Origin: the human T2T-CHM13v2.0 reference genome, Homo sapiens
Length of the DNA stretch: 64,000 nucleotides
Strand: one strand, 5' to 3'
NCBI RefSeq assembly: GCF_009914755.1
Contig: NC_060947.1
Notes under the pieces: model-generated
Database searches by the model: none
What the model was told of the DNA's origin: nothing
The model's input: the letters and a program-made list of their open reading frames with translations, nothing else
Shown here: positions 1 to 12,025 of the stretch, in pieces
Layout: each line of letters opens with the position of its first letter
Numbering within the stretch: the stretch's first letter is position 1
Program-made: the position numbers and the translations under genes

Positions 1-995
1 TCTTGGCCTGTGTCTTTCCCCTGTCTCTTTGTTAAGCTGTCTGTTTAGGCATCACAGTCAGCTGTTAAGCAATACAAATTGCCACTGATTACTCTTTTGT
101 TTTCAATAATGCTGTGAAGCATAAACTGCTACTCAGTGTAATACAGTTAAATTCAGGACACTTTGCAGTGGTAGTCTTTGAAAACAGTCTTGAAATTTTG
201 TTCTGACCCATGGAGGGCTCTTCTTAGTTGCCTCTTTCCTGAGACCTCTCTGATAAACTAACTGGCCTACAGTTTAGCTTGTTGTTTTCATGAAGATGCC
301 ATTATGCTTCTTCATTGTTTACCAGCAGAATTTGCATCTTTTTCAAGCCCTTTTAGCCTTGAACTTCCTCACATGTTTCCAACAAAATCTCTTATCTTGA
401 AAAGAGCTCCAGAGATCTCTGTTATGATTTGCCTCTCTTCCGGGCAATATCTCTGTGCCACTAGTCCAAATCTGGGGATGGGGACAATGGCCTTCTTGTC
501 TCAAAGTGACATGCCTGTTTTTGATCAGTGAGCTAAGTAGAGGTGGTAGCTTCTAGTTTTCCTGACTTTCCCATTACTGTGCAACATCTGTCCTACAAGT
601 AAGCTTAGGATTGTATCATCTTAAAAAAAGATGCCAACATCTTTTTTTAAAAAAAGACTAAATAGTATTCTGTTGTGTATACACCCCACTTTCTGCATCC
701 ATTCATCTGTTGATGGGACTTAGGTTGATTGCATATCTTGGCTATTGTGAATAATGCTGCAATGAACATGAGAGTGCAGATGCCCCCTTAACAAGTCGAT
801 ATCAGTTTCTTTGGATATATACCCAGAAGTGGGATTACTGGATTATATGGTAGTTGTTGTTGTTTTTTTTTTTTTTTTTTTTTTTTTGAGAAACTTTCAT
901 ACTATTTCCCATAACAGCCCTATTAATTCACATTACCACCAACAGTGAGCAAGGGTTCCCTTTCTGGGCTTCCTTTGCATTTTTCAGATAATTAG

Positions 996-1521
996 TGTGA
1001 ACCCCAAATATCTGCAGGTCTCAGTCAATTTAGAAAGTGTATTTTGCCAAGGTTAAGAACACACCTGTGACACAGACTCAGACATGTGTTCAAGGTGGTT
1101 GGGGGTACAGTGTGCTTTTATACATTTTAGAGAGACATGAGAGATCAATCAATACGTGTAAGATGTGCATTGGTTCCAGCCTCAATACGTGTAAGATGTG
1201 CATTGGTTCCAGCCGGTAAGGCAGGACAACTTAAAGTGAGGGCTTCCAGGTTAGAAGCAGATAACAGACAAAAGGGTTGCATTCTTTTGAGTCCTTGATC
1301 AGCCTTCCACTGCTTACACAATTTAGCCTGGCTCAGTGAATCTGCATTTTTATATAAACGATAGGAGAGAGGAAGCAATCAGATATGCATTTGTCTCAGG
1401 TGAGCCTCAGAGGGATGACTTTGAATAGAATGAGAGGCAGGTTTGCCCTAAGCAGTTTCCAGCTTGACTTTTCCCTTTAGCTTAGTGACTTTGGGGTCCC
1501 AAAATTTATTTTCCTTTCACA
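996..1521 (-). mobile_element. MER4A-type ERV1 solo LTR
   Basis: Reverse complement begins TGTGAAAGGAAAATAAATTTTGGGACCCCAAAGTCACTAAGCTAAAGGGAAAAGTCAAGCTGG. It has TG..CA ends and a 4-bp TSD ttag (992-995/1522-1525). Confidence 0.85.
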
Positions 1522-1592
1522 TTAGTGATGTTGAGCATTTTCTCATATACCTATTGGCTATATGTGTGTCTTCTTTTGAGACATGCCTATTT

Positions 1593-2641
1593 AAATTAAA
1601 GAGATATAATATTTTTTAAAACCAAGCAAAAACAAAGTACTTTTCCTACTCTCACTACCTAAGTAATACACCTCAGATATCAAATGTGTGTTTTTTTCCC
1701 CCACACTAAGCAAACAATTCTCCAAAGACACCAGATAGGTATCCTTTAATTCAATTCAATTATTATACTATCTACCTGGAGATAGCATCAGATTCCACAG
1801 ATTAAAGGTTCAGTTCCACAAGACTGCCCCGCCCTCCACTTCAAATGCTAATCACAAGTAGTAGGTTGTCATCTACATTTTTGACTGACTGTCTATAAAC
1901 CAGAGTTACCATAACCCATTCTCGGGTTCAATGAATTTGCCAGAGGTTCTTACAGAACTCAGGGAAATGTGCGACTTACATTTAGCCATTTATCATAAAA
2001 TACATTACAAAAGATACAAATGAACGCCTAGATAGAAGAGATGCCTAGCACAAGGTATGAGAGAAGGCTCATGGAGCTTTCATACCCTCTCCCACGTGCC
2101 ACTCTCCAGGAATACCCACATGTTCAGTTATCTGGAAGCTCATTCTATTCTTGTCCTTTTGAGTTTTTATGGAGGCTTCATCGTGTAGGCATGATTGATT
2201 ACATTATTAGCCATCGGTAATCAAGTCAACTTTCTGCCCTCCCTAGAGGTCAGAGAGTGGGGCTCAAAGTTCTAATCCTCTAATTACAGGAATGGTTTCC
2301 CTGGCAACCAACCCCCATCTTAAGGCTACCCAGGAACTCACCAAAAGTCATCTCATTAGAAGAAAAGATGCTCTAATCACCTAGGAAATCTCAAAGCTTT
2401 TAGCAGCTCTGTGTCAGAAACTGGAAGTCAAAGATCGAATGTCAGAACAAAAGATTTGCCTAGCACCCCAACCTGCAAGGGAATATTACAATTTCTGTCT
2501 CAGGAACTGGGGCAGAGGCCAAATACTAGACTAAAAGATGCTCTTAGAATCCCATCACTCAGTAAATTACGAGGCATTTAAGAGCTCTGTTCCAGGCACT
2601 GGGTGAATAGACTAATATTTATATTTCTTATTATTTCATAC
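1593..2641 (-). mobile_element. MER21-family LTR
   Basis: Motifs tatctacctggagatagcatcagattccacag, cacaagactgcccc and aaaagatgctc repeats. It interrupts the host L1 at gcctatt|caggtctttt. Confidence 0.75.
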
Positions 2642-3284
2642 AGGTCTTTTGCCCATTCGTTAACCAGGTTATTTGCTTTCTTGCTATTGAGTTGAGTTGC
2701 TGAATATTTTGGATATTAACTTTTTGTTAGATATATGGTTTGCAAATATTTTCTGCCATTCAAAAGTTGCCTTTTCACTCATGAAAAGGCAACTTTTGTA
2801 TCCTTTGATGTGCAGAAACTTGTAGTTTCTCTTATCTACGTTTCCTTTTGTTGCATGTGCTTTTGGTGTCATATCAATCAATTAAGGCCAACACCAATGC
2901 CATTAAGGTCTTCACCTATGTTTTGTTCTAGGAGATTTGCAGTTTCATGTCTTGTTTTTAAGTCTTAAATTTATTTTGAGTTGAATTTTGTGTATGTTTT
3001 AAGATATGGGTCCAATTTTATTTTTTTGCATCTGGAAATCAGGTTTTCCCAATACCATGTGGATATCCACTTTTCCCAAAACCATTTTTTGAAGAGACTA
3101 TGCTTTTAATTTTTGATCACAGAATGTTTTTCATTTGTGTCTCCTTTATTTTTTGTGATGTTTCAGTTTCCAGAATATAATTCTTTTGCTTCCATAATTA
3201 GGTTTATTACTATTTTATTATTTTTGGTGCCACTGTAAATGGGGTTGTGTTCTCTTTTGTTTGAATTATAAATAATTCGATTTT

Positions 3285-3442
3285 AAATATGTATCATATA
3301 GATTATATATCTTATATGTTATACATAGTTATACAGATTATATATCATATCTTGTATGTTATAATTATACATACATTATATGAATCTATACGTATCTATA
3401 TATCATATACTATATATAGACATCTATAACATATAGATAGAT
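3285..3442. repeat. TA-rich low-complexity tract
   Basis: Degenerate tatatc/tataca/tataga units. Confidence 0.8.
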
Positions 3443-4344
3443 GTTTTGTTTGGATAGAAATTTATTTTCTACCAATGGAAACAAAAAGATAAAATTGTTA
3501 CTACAAATCCAAAGCAGTCCCTCTAAACAGTGAATAAAAAATGGTGAAGAAACAACTGATAGCTGGAGCACTCTTTTTGTGTTAGTAGAAATGCCAAATT
3601 AAAAATACTGGGTAAACATATATTTATGAAAGTCATTTTTTTTGCTTTTGCAAAAGCACATTAGACCAAAGTTTTTACTTATATGGATCTTTAAGAAAGC
3701 ACACAGGCAATACTCTTCAGCACCTTCATAGATAATTTTCTGTTTGAAATTAAAATCACTGTCTCCAAGTTTTATATGCTGTGCAGCATATTTTAAACAA
3801 CATATTCATTCCCTCTAAAGAAAATCTCTATAGATGATTTTCTGCATTTTAATTTTACAATGCATGTACAACAAACAAAATTTCACTGGCTTGACAAAGA
3901 CATAAAGTGGCTCTTACCCATTAGATTTTATTAATTATATTTTTGCCAACCCAAGGATTTATAAAAGCCTACTCATGAAAAACAAGGTCCAGAGCCTATC
4001 TAAAACTTGCAAATTACCCAAACATGCCATGGGTAGACTGTGAAGGTCAGCTGAGTATTCTTAAGGCATCTTTGTAGGATGCATACCAAAAAGAGAAGAA
4101 AAATTACAAAATCTAAAATTACTTTTACTTGGGAAGTTTCAGCAGTATTTTCATACAGCCTAAGCAAAACACAGAATAAAATATATTAGAGCTAATGGAA
4201 TCCATAACTATTCTAGAAAGAATGAAATGAATTAAAGAAAAAATTAGGCTAAAAAACATTCATTTTAATTGTTAAGCACTCATTTATTCATTCAGAAATT
4301 ATTGTTCACCACTTTTTACCCATTAGGATATGGGTAAGCTATGT

Positions 4345-5440
4345 TGAGAAAAACAAATAGTAAATAACAATTGTTGGTAAGAATGTAGAAAAATAAGATC
4401 CCTTGTGCACTGTTGGTGGTTATATAAAAATGGTACAGCTGCTATGGAAAACAGTATAGTGGTTCCTCAAAAAATACAAAATCATATTATCATATGATTC
4501 AGCAATTCTACTTTTTGGTATCTACCCAAAATTATTGAAAGCAGGGTCTTGAAAACCTATTTGTACACCCATGTTTATAGCAGCATTATTCACCATAGGC
4601 AAAACGTGGAAGCAACTCAAGTGTTCATCATGGATCAATTAATAAAACGTGATATATACATATAATAGATGTTATTTATCTTTTTAATAGAGGGAAATTC
4701 TGATGTAACCTACAACATGGATAAGCCTCAAGGATGGCTATGGTTTGGATGTCATCATCAAAACTCATGTTGGAACCTGAATTTCTAGTGTGGCAATGTT
4801 ACAATGTGGTACCTTTAAGAGGTGATTAGGTTTTTAAACATAAATTAATGTCATTCTTAAGAGACTGGATTAGACATTACTAGAACGGATTTGTTTCCAT
4901 GAGAGCAGGTTATTATAAAGGGAGGTTACCTTTTGTGTTTCGTCTCTTTTCATGTACATGCTTTTTCTTCCTCCTTCTTTGCCATGTTGTCATGCAGCAC
5001 AGGGCCCTCATCAGAAGCTGAGCAGATGCCAGAACTATTCTTTTGGACTTTCCAGTCACCATTATTATGAGTTGAATAAACCTATTTTCTTTATAAATTA
5101 TCTAGCCTCAGATATTCTGTTATAGCAAAACAAAGTGGACTAGGGCAAGGATTTTATGCTAAGATAAATAAGCCAGTAACAAAAAGACAAATACTGTATA
5201 ATTCTAATTATATGCAGTACCAAAAGTAGACAGATTTGTATGGAACAGTAATCATCAGGTGCTGGTGAAAGAATCAACTGAGTGTTGTTGACCAATGGAT
5301 ATAGAGTTTTATTTTTGCAATCTAAAAAGAGTTGTGAGGATTGCTTGCACCACAATGTGAATGTAGATAATATTACTTAACTGTACATCCAAAATGGTTA
5401 AGTTAGTAAATTTTATGTTATATATATTTTTCCAAAAAAA
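4345..5440 (+). mobile_element. L1MB-type LINE-1 3' end, split by an MST LTR
   Basis: Motifs cccttgtgcactgttggt, gctatggaaaacagtatagtggttcctcaaaaa and aaaatggttaagttagtaaattttatgttat, ending in an A-tail at about 5434. Confidence 0.8.
4736..5147 (+). mobile_element. MST-family (MSTB/MSTC-like) ERVL-MaLR solo LTR
   Basis: Starts (t)gctatggtttggatgt...aaaactcatgtt and ends aataaacctattttctttataaatta...ggactagggca. 5-bp TSD aggat (4731-4735/5148-5152). Confidence 0.85.
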
Positions 5441-5689
5441 ATGAAGAATTATTGTTGAGTGTCCCCTATTGACTGAGAAACATATTAGAAATTGAGGGTA
5501 TTGTGATACACAGATATGATTCCTTACCCCCAAATTTGAGAGAGTTGACAAAGACACAATATTTACGTATGATGTGAAAAGTTTGTGGGAGAAAGAATAC
5601 TTACATTGATGTGAGGAGGTCAATGAACCTTTGCTGAAAGACTAAAGAATAAGTAAGAAATATCAAAATGCTTGAGAATTATTTTTTAT

Positions 5690-5860
5690 ACAAGCTGTGT
5701 GACCATACGCAAATTTCTTAACCTCTCCGAGTCTCAGATTCCTCATTAGTAAAATTGGATGATTTCTGTCAAGGAGTAATTGTAAGGATTAAATGAAATA
5801 ATATATGTAAAGATCCTGACACAGTTTCTGGCAAATAGTGATCATAAAAAATTGTGTCTA
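5690..5860 (+). mobile_element. MIR SINE (3' part interrupted by L1PA)
   Basis: MIR core gctgtgtgacc...ttaacctctccgagtctcagattcctcattagtaaaat...aaggattaaatgaaataatatatgtaaag. Confidence 0.8.
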
Positions 5861-6337
5861 CATGTACACGTATGTTTATTGCGGCACTATGCACAATAGC
5901 AAAGACTTGGAACCAACCCAAATGTCCATCAATGATAGACTGGATTAAGAAAATGTGGCACATATACACCATGGAATACTGTGCAGCCATAAAAAAGGAT
6001 GAGTTCATGTCCTTTGTAGGGACATGGATGAAGCTGGAAACCATCATTCTCAGCAAACTATCGCAAGGACAGAAAACCAAACACCGCATGTTCTCACTCA
6101 TAGGTGGGAATTGAATGAGAACACTTGGACACAGGGTGGGGAACATCACACACCGGGGCCTATCATGGGGTGGGGGGAGGGGGAGAGATAGCATTAGGAG
6201 ATATACCTAATGTAAATGACAAGTTAATGGGTGCAGCACACCAACATGGCACATGTATACGTATGTAACAAACCTGCACGTTGTGCCACATGTACCCTAG
6301 AACTTAAAGTATAATTTAAAAAAAAAAAACACATACA
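5861..6337 (+). mobile_element. 5'-truncated young L1PA (about L1PA4-5) 3' end
   Basis: The ORF2 C-terminus is in frame (…TIAKTWNQPKCPSMIDWIKKMWHIYTMEY…LIGGN). It has the G-rich 3'UTR and a poly(A) tail. TSD about ataaaaaattgt(g/a)tcta (~5844-5860/~6340-6356). Confidence 0.92.
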
Positions 6338-6584
6338 CATAAAAAAATTGTATCTATTAGTATTAATAGCGTTCTTTTATTATCACTACTGCTGTATTAC
6401 TCTGGCATCAACTTCTTTCCTGCATTGTTAAATCCTGTTGCTGCTATTTTAGTTTTCACTTGCATATCTATTCCTTCTTTCTTATTTTACTTTCTCTATC
6501 CAATTCCTCATCATTTCTTATTTGCCTTATTACAATGTAATATCCACCATTTTTATTGTTGTTCTTACGTTGCTGATAGAGTTG

Positions 6585-7270
6585 TTAGGATTCTGAGTTT
6601 ACCAAAATGCATTCAGATCATGTCACTCTCTTCTTTAAGAATCTTGAAAGCTTCCTTCACACACAAAAAAACAACCAAGGCTGGGTGTGGTGGCTAACAC
6701 CTATAATCCCACACTTTGGGAAGCTGAGGCAGGTGGATCACTTTAGGTCAGGAGTTCGACACCAGCCTGAACAGCATGTCGAAACCCCATCTCTAGTAAA
6801 AATACAAAAATTAGCCAAGTGTGGTGGCCTGTACCTGTAGTCCCAGCTACTCTGGAGACTAAGGCACAAGAATTGCTTCAACTTGGGAGGCAGAGGCTGC
6901 AGTGAGCTGAGATCATGCTATTGCACTCTAGCCTGGGTGACAGAGACCCTGTCTATCCCGTCTTAATAATAATAATAATAATAATAGTAATAATAATAAT
7001 GATAGAAAACAAAATACCTTGGTGTGGTATTCTGAGCTCTCTTACGTTGAGCCCCACCTATCTTTACAGTTTTTTCTTTCACTATACTGTGTGATACTCT
7101 CCTTTGTCCAACTATAACAGACTTCTCTTCATTTCCCAAATATGTAGTACATTTTTGCTATTCTGTGCCTTTACACACTGCATTTCCTTTGGTTGAAATG
7201 GCATTCTTTACCTCTTCAAATTATTTCTTCCTTTGAATCTTAGTTCAAATATTACTTTCTTGGCGTTAAT
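6585..7270 (+). mobile_element. L2 LINE remnant split by Alu
   Basis: L2-like motifs cagatcatgtcactctc, tctgtgcctttacacactgcatttcc and tcttagttcaaatattactt. Confidence 0.5.
6679..7000 (+). mobile_element. AluS (Sx/Sz-like) with (TAA)n tail
   Basis: Full dimer ggctgggtgtggtggct…aaaatacaaaaattagcc…gcctgggtgacagag, with the tail converted to (taa)n at 6964-7000. Confidence 0.92.
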
Positions 7271-7779
7271 TATTGAATACAAATTTGTATATCAATGTCA
7301 TATGGTACTTTATTCCCCTTAGTATGAATTTCCCTGCGTCCAAAGTCTGATTTAAGCATATCAATTTTGACTTCTGTATTATTTATGATCTGATTCCTTC
7401 TAAGTTCATCTCTAATCCATCCCTAACTCTTCATTGACAAATATCACTGGCTCTAACAAGATATTGTCATTTTCATTCCCCTCATATCAAGTCATTTAAG
7501 TATTCCTGGACAACCACGAGTCCTCAAAACTCTAGGCTTCCATTGCTTACTCATGATGTAACACTGTGTAATACCTTCTGCTTATACTTCTCAATACTCC
7601 TGGATTTTTGTTTTATGTATTAGCATTTGACTTGCATTTAGCTTCTAATTAAATTGCTTCTCAAGAGCAGAATCTTAAGTTTGTTTGTATTTTACAGCAT
7701 CTGGCATTTTCCTTCATATAACAGATGTTTGTTCAGATGGTTGTTTTAGAGATATAAGGGCTTAGAAAATCTTAGAAAC

Positions 7780-7880
7780 CAACTTATTTCATCTCATTTT
7801 ACAGAGAAGGAAAATAGAGCCCAGAACAGAAAAGGTGTCCTCTAGGAAAGCCAAGTTAGTTAGTGGCAGGATGTAGAAAG
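7780..7880 (-). mobile_element. MIR/MIR3 fragment
   Basis: ctcattttacagagaaggaaaatagagcccaga…gttagttagtggcag. Confidence 0.55.
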
Positions 7881-8285
7881 GAGCTTCAGATTAAGATTTT
7901 TTGATTGATATTTTTATATTTGAGACTGTTTCAGATGTTATTTTAAGTTTTATGAGATAAATTTTAAGACATTTACTGAAAGCATTTTGTAAAATATTTT
8001 CTTGCTTTGTGTGGAAGCCAACTAAGTTTTAAATAAAAAATAACATACAACCTGATAGCATTTATGCATGAGTACAAAAAAATCTACTTTTTAAAATAAA
8101 AAAGCAGAAGAGACTTCCAGTATACAGAATCTTGTAGTTTTGCACTTCAGTCTAATGAGTAAAAGGTAAATAAACTGAAAAAGCAACAACTCTTCTTAGA
8201 CCAGTAATAAAAGTGAGGCCACACGGCACACTGTTACCCCCAAATTGGAAAGTGTAACAGGAGAATAAATAAAGTTACACCATTC

Positions 8286-9980
8286 TGAGAGGTGACAGCG
8301 TGCTGGCAGGCCTCAGAGCCCTGGCTCGTTCTCGGCACCTCCTCTGCCTGGGCTCCCACTTTGGCGGCATTTGAGGAGCGTTTCAGCCCACCACTGCACT
8401 GTGGGAGCCCCTTTCTGGGCTGGCCAAGGCTGGAGCCCACTCCCTCAGCTTGAAGGGAGGTGTGGAGGGAGAGGCGCCAGTGGGAACCAGGGCTGCGTGT
8501 GGCCCCTGTGGGCCAGCTGGAGTTCCAGGTGGGCGTGGGCTTGGCGGGCCCACACTCAGAGCAGTCGGCCAGCCCTGCTGGCCCCGGGCAATGAGGGACT
8601 TAGCACCCGGGCCAGCGGCTGGGTCCCCCAGCAGTGCCAGCCCACCGGCGCTGTGCTCGATTTCTCACCGGGCCTTAGCTGCCTTCCCACGGGGCAGGGC
8701 TCGGGACCTGCAGCCCGCCATGCCTGAGCCTTCCCCCGCCTCCGTGGGTTCCTGTGCAGCCCGAGCCTCCCCGACGAATGCCGCCCCCTGCTCCAGGGCG
8801 CCCAGTCCCATCGACCACCCAAGGGCTGAGGAGTGCGAGCGCACAGCGCGGGACTGGCAGGCAGCTCCACCTGCAGCCCCGGTGCGGGATCCACTAGGTG
8901 AAGCCAGCTGGGCTCCTGAGTCTGGTGGGGAGGTGGAGAGTCTTTATATCTAGCTCAGGGATTGTAAACACACCAATCAGCACCCTGTGTCTAGCTCAGG
9001 GTTTGTGAGTGCACCAATCGACACTCTGTATCTTGCTGCTCTGGTGGGGCCTTGGAGAACCTTTATGTCTAGCTCAGGGATTGTAAATACACCAATCAGC
9101 ACCCTGTGTCTAGCTCAGGGTTTGTGAGTGCACCAGTCGACACACTGTATCTAGCTGCTCTGGTGGGGCCTTGGAGAACCTTTATGTCTAGCTCAGGGAT
9201 TGTAAATACACCAATCGGCACTCTGTATCTAGCTCAAGGTTTGTAAATACACCAATCGGCACTCTGTATCTAGCTCAAGGTTTGTAAACACACCAATCAG
9301 CACCCTGTGTTTAGCTCAAGGTTTGTGAATGCACCAATCGACACTCTTTATCTAGCTGCTCTGGTGGGGCCTCGGAGAACCTGTGTGTCCAAACTCTGTA
9401 TCTAACTAATCTGATGGGGACATGGAGAACCTTTGTATCTAGCTCAGGGATTGTAAATGCACCAATCAGCGCCCTGTCAAAACAGGCCACTCGGCTCTAC
9501 CAATCAGCAGGATGTGGGTGGGGCCAGATAAGAGAATAAAAGCAGTCTGCCCGAGCCAGCAGTGACAACCCGCTCGGGTCCCCTTCCACAGTGTGGAAGC
9601 TTTGTTCTTTTGTTCTTTGCAATAAATCTTGCTACTGCTCACTCTTTGGGTCCACGCTGCTTTTTATGAGCTGTAACACTCACCGCGAAGATCTGCAGCT
9701 TCACTCCTGAGCCCAGAGAGACCACGAGCCCACCGGGAGGAACAAACAACTCCAGACGCGTTGCCTTAAGAGCTGTAACACTCACCGCGAAGGTCTGCAG
9801 CTTCACTCCTGAGCCAGCAAGACCACAAACCCACCAGAAGGAAGAAACTCCGAACATATCTGAACATCAGAAGGGACAGACTCCAGACGCGCCACCTTAA
9901 GAGCTGTAACACTCACCGCGAGGGTCCACGGCTTCATTCTTGAAGTCAGTGAGACCAAGAACCCACCAATTCCGGACACA
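8286..9980 (+). mobile_element. LTR12C (ERV9) solo LTR, full length
   Basis: Starts TGAGAGGTGACAGCGTGCTGGCAG and ends CCAATTCCGGACACA. 4-bp TSD attc (8282-8285/9981-9984). It has a CpG-rich 5' part, a tandem U3 enhancer array and U5 repeats (gctgtaacactcaccgcga x3). Confidence 0.97.
8945..9560 (+). promoter_or_regulatory. LTR12C U3 enhancer array and promoter (NF-Y CCAAT, GT/Sp1 box, GATA, TATA-like)
   Basis: Nine intact CCAAT motifs plus one variant (ccagt) lie in tagctcaggg/caccaatc repeat units. gggtggggccagataagagaataaaagc follows at about 9517-9543. The poly(A) signal aataaa is at 9621. Confidence 0.75.
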
Positions 9981-11460
9981 ATTCCAAAGCAGAAACTCAG
10001 TACTAGAAATTCCTTTGTGAACCAGTGCCAAGGTAGTAAAACCTGATGTGTAATTGACAAACTGCTGGAGGCTCACTGTGGAACAATCTGAGACTTAAAT
10101 CTCTAGGAAGGAGCCAGTAATGGAGGATGACCCTCCTCCCCATTTTTGTGAGTTTTACATTTAGGGATTTGACCAGGTTCTTATGAAAAATATTCTCTCA
10201 TGATTTTGACAAGGGGAGGAGAAAAAATATACATATGAAATATGCTTAGAATATTCTGTTCTTCTTAATAGTCTTCCCTCAGCATAAACTTACTAGAGCC
10301 TAACTGGATGTGGTTTTATCAGAGCCAACTGACCTGAGGAAAGAGGACTGGCCAACTCCAGCTTCCTCTAGTCTTTCAAATGAGAGAGGGAAATCCCAAA
10401 CTCCAGTTTACTCTAGCTATTCTGTCCCACCTAAGGGATGGTGAGTGAGTCTGAGAAGCACATGTGAAGATCATATTCCAGAGGTACGTCTCCCTAAAAG
10501 ACTGGGACCTAATAATAAATCTATAGAATACTTTTCCTTCCTCATGTTACTAAAGGCTTATGTATGGCAGTTTCTTTAATCTAGTATATCATGACTGGCT
10601 ATCAGTAAAAATGTACAAGACTAACTAAAAACACAAAACACAATGTAAAGAGACAGAACAGGCATCAGAACCAGGCTCAGATATAGCAGAGATGTTGAAA
10701 TTATCAGACTACAAATTTAAAACAACTATGGTTACTATGCTAAGGGCTCAAATAAAGTAGACCACATGAAAAAACAGACAGGCAGTTTAATCAGAGAGAT
10801 AGAAAGTCTAAGAAAGAATAAAAAAAAATGCTAGAGCTCAAAAGCACTATAACATAAATCACGAATGGCTTTGGTGGGCTTATTAGTAGACTAGACACAT
10901 CTTAGAAATAATCTCTAAGCTTGAAGATATCTAAAAAAAAACCCTACAAAATTGATAAAAACCAAAGAGAATAATTACTGAAAAAAACAATTACAAAAGG
11001 TATAAATATGCAAAACAAGAATACCAGAAGGAGAAGAAAGGAGAATGAAAATAATGAAATATTTGAAAAAATAATAACTGAGCATTTTCCACAAATTAAT
11101 GTCAGACACCAAACTGGAGATCCAAAAAGCTCAGAGACCATCAAGAAGAAAAAAATGCCAAAGAAACCCTACACCTAGGCATATTGTTTTAAAGCTATAA
11201 AAAATTACAAATGAAGAAAAAGTTTGAAAAAAAGCCAGGAGAAAATAATACCACAGAGAGAGGGGAGAGAAAGATGATGAAATAGAAAGATCCACTGATA
11301 ATCCATTCCACAAAGACAACAAGTTATCAACACTCTACACTGAAAAAAAAATACCTTCATTAGAGCCAAAAATTAAGTACCAGCATGACCACAGGAGGGA
11401 GGAGCACCAAGTGGGCTCTTGGGGTCCCCAATTTTAGGACTTGACTCTTATACAGCATTT

Positions 11461-12025
11461 ATGTTTATTTTTATTTTCTATTATACTTTAAGTTCTGGCA
11501 TACATGTGCAGAATGTGCAGATTTGTTAAATAAGTATACATGGTGGTTTGCTGCCCCCATCACTCTGTCATTTACATTAAGTATTTCTCCTAATGCTATC
11601 CCTCCCCTTGTCCCCCATCCCCCAACAGGCCCCAGTGTGTGATGTTTCCCTCCCTGTGTCCATTTGTTCTCATTGTTCAACTCCCACTTATGAGCGAGAA
11701 CATGTGGTGTTTTGTTTTCTGTTCCTCTGTTAGTTTGCTGAGGATGATGGTTTCCAGCTTCATCCACGACCCTGCGAAGGATATGAACTCATTCTTTTTT
11801 ATGGCTGCATACTATTCCTCTGTGTATATGTGGCACATTTTCTTTATCCAGTCTATCATTGATGGGCATTTGGGTTGGTTCCAAGTATTTGCTATTGTAA
11901 ATAGTGCTGCAGTAAACACACATGTGCATGTGTCTTTATGGTAGAATGCATTATAATCCTTTGGGTATATACCCAGTAATGGGATTGCTGAATCAAATGG
12001 TATTTCTGGTTCTAGATCCTTGGGG
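11461..12025 (-). mobile_element. 5'-truncated L1PA7-like 3' end nested in copy A
   Basis: ttatactttaagttctggcatacatgtgcagaatgtgcag…ttctagatcctt. Imperfect TSD tcttatacagcattt/tctacacagaattt (11446-11460/12026-12039). Confidence 0.88.

Larger units (their letters stand above)
655..3260 (-). mobile_element. L1MA/L1MB-type LINE-1 3' ORF2/3'UTR remnant, split by MER4A and MER21 LTRs
   Basis: Antisense L1 motifs are present (ccattcatctgttgatgg, ggatatatacccagaagtggg, gatgttgagcattttctcatatacc, caggtcttttgcccatt). The sequence rejoins across both LTR insertions. Confidence 0.8.
8110..11251 (+). mobile_element. Old L1M 5'UTR/ORF1 remnant hosting LTR12C and L1 copy A; continues at 18932-19050
   Basis: ORF1-like A-rich sequence (gagatgttgaaattatcagac, aattaatgtcagacaccaaac, cacctaggcatatt). 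It resumes after 18931 with gaggaacaaagattagaatagcatctgacttctc. Confidence 0.7.

Noticed and set aside
1-600. Possible old L1 5'UTR or LTR fragment, and a 75-aa ORF
   Set aside because: It looks repeat-derived, but I cannot assign a family with confidence, and the ORF has no support.
5769-6194. 141-aa and 86-aa ORFs
   Set aside because: They are the L1PA ORF2 C-terminus and its antisense frame in a 5'-truncated element.
8371-8953. GC-rich ORFs of 112-167 aa
   Set aside because: They lie wholly inside the CpG-rich 5' part of LTR12C, where stop codons are rare. I see no domain or exon evidence.
8945-9480. Repeat array resembling a CRISPR or satellite
   Set aside because: It is the standard LTR12/ERV9 U3 tandem enhancer array. 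There are no unique spacers or cas genes, and the context is eukaryotic.
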